Positions 62,920 through 64,000 of a DNA stretch of 64,000 bases are shown one piece after another; the stretch's first letter is position 1, and each line of letters begins with the position of its first letter. The stretch spans positions 36,428 to 100,427 of the forward strand of contig JAIRXQ010000024.1 in the NCBI GenBank assembly GCA_031268195.1, read 5' to 3'. This DNA comes from Azoarcus sp. (lineage in GTDB: Bacteria > Pseudomonadota > Gammaproteobacteria > Burkholderiales > Rhodocyclaceae). A program made the translations under genes and the position numbers. The notes beneath the pieces are model-generated. The model made no database searches and had not been told where the DNA came from. It saw only the letters and a program-made list of their open reading frames with translations.

Positions 62920-64000
62920 ATGACCGAACCGCAGATCGAACCGCAATCCGTCGGCGTCGTCGCACCGACGGCGGCCCGTTTCGACGACGTGCTGCATTTG
63001 CGCAGCGGCGACCGCCTGGATGGCTACGAGCTGGTGTATGAGACTTACGGCGAACTCAACGCCGCGCGCAGCAATGCCGTGCTGGTGTGCCACGCGCTGT
63101 CCGGCTCGCACCACGTCGCGGGACGCTACGCCGGCGAGGACGGCGATTCCAGCTGGTGGGACAACCTCGTGGGGCCGGGCAAACCGCTCGATACGCGCAA
63201 GTTTTTCGTCATCGGGGTCAACAATCTCGGCGGCTGTAGCGGTTCGACCGGGCCGCGCTCGACGAATCCGGCCACCGGCAAGCCATGGGGCGCGGATTTC
63301 CCCTTCGTCACTGTGGAGGACTGGGTGGATGCGCAGGCGCGGCTGGCCGAGCGCCTCGGCATCGACAGCCTCGCGGCGGTGATCGGCGGCAGTCTCGGCG
63401 GAATGCAGGCGCTCTCGTGGACGCTGCAATATCCCAATCGGGTGCGGCATGCGGCGGTGATCGCCTCCGCGCCCAAACTCTCGGCGCAGAACATCGCTTT
63501 CAACGAAGTCGCGCGACAGGCGATTCTGACCGACCCCGATTTCCACGACGGCGATTTCTACCAGTACGACGCGGTGCCGGAGCGCGGCCTGCGGCTGGCG
63601 CGCATGGTGGGGCACATCACCTATCTCTCCGATGATGCGATGGGCGAGAAATTCGGGCGTACGCTGCGCCATGGCAAGGCGCTCTACAGCTACGATGTGG
63701 AGTTCGAGATCGAATCCTACTTGCGGCATCAGGGCGACAAATTTGCGCGCGAGTTCGACGCCAACACCTATCTGCTCACCACCAAGGCGCTCGATTACTA
63801 CGACCCCGCCTTTACGCACGGCGGCGATCTCGTCGCGGCGCTGGCGGCGGCGCGCGCGGGCTTCCTTGTCGTTGCGTTCACGACCGACTGGCGTTTTTCC
63901 CCAGCGCGCTCGCGCGAGATCGTCTATGCGCTGGCGCACAACGGCCGCGATGTGAGCTACGCCGAAATCGACTGTCCCGCCGGGCACGACTCCTTTTTGC
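62920..64000 (+). CDS. metX: Homoserine O-acyltransferase (3' truncated; not in the ORF track)
   Basis: [57 protein letters not shown]. Confidence 0.95.
   Translation, partial: MTEPQIEPQSVGVVAPTAARFDDVLHLRSGDRLDGYELVYETYGELNAARSNAVLVCHALSGSHHVAGRYAGEDGDSSWWDNLVGPGKPLDTRKFFVIGVNNLGGCSGSTGPRSTNPATGKPWGADFPFVTVEDWVDAQARLAERLGIDSLAAVIGGSLGGMQALSWTLQYPNRVRHAAVIASAPKLSAQNIAFNEVARQAILTDPDFHDGDFYQYDAVPERGLRLARMVGHITYLSDDAMGEKFGRTLRHGKALYSYDVEFEIESYLRHQGDKFAREFDANTYLLTTKALDYYDPAFTHGGDLVAALAAARAGFLVVAFTTDWRFSPARSREIVYALAHNGRDVSYAEIDCPAGHDSFL

Overview
GC-rich chromosomal window, probably from a betaproteobacterium (Rhodocyclales-like by gene content; inferred). Housekeeping blocks: DUF4390-ntrY-ntrX-trkAH-hemE-priA (1-10 kb); fabMG-like/htpX/fmt/def and lysM-dprA-topB-prfC (36-47 kb); rdgC, earP-efp, a GGDEF gene, a double-length uvrA, cytochrome b, ferric reductase, M48/YjgN and a SAM-II-controlled metX (47-64 kb). 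The main feature is a ~24.6 kb single-strand gene run (34596->10000, minus strand, mostly ATGA/GTGA-coupled) behind a sigma70 promoter that overlaps a 14/19 Fur box. It encodes a full type IV filament machine: a very large long-leader pilin, GspG-like pilins, PilM/N-, PilO- and PilP-like proteins, PilT and PilB ATPases, PilC and a secretin. The same run carries an omptin-like barrel, MoxR/DUF58/transglutaminase-like proteins, a pentaheme cytochrome c with a His-rich membrane partner, an FTR1 iron permease and an EexN-like lipoprotein. Several parts look repurposed: Cys->Ala transglutaminase, omptin without the D-x-H dyad, MshEN-like motif in the PilM/N protein, and a TraK/DUF3438-like tail on the secretin. 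This is my candidate for an undescribed iron-regulated pilus/secretion-coupled iron acquisition system; novelty was not checked against databases. Also present: two repeat-flanked toxin-antitoxin modules and two DnaA-box clusters, one oriC-like. No rRNA, tRNA, CRISPR, integrase or transposase was seen. All family assignments come from motif recognition, not database searches.
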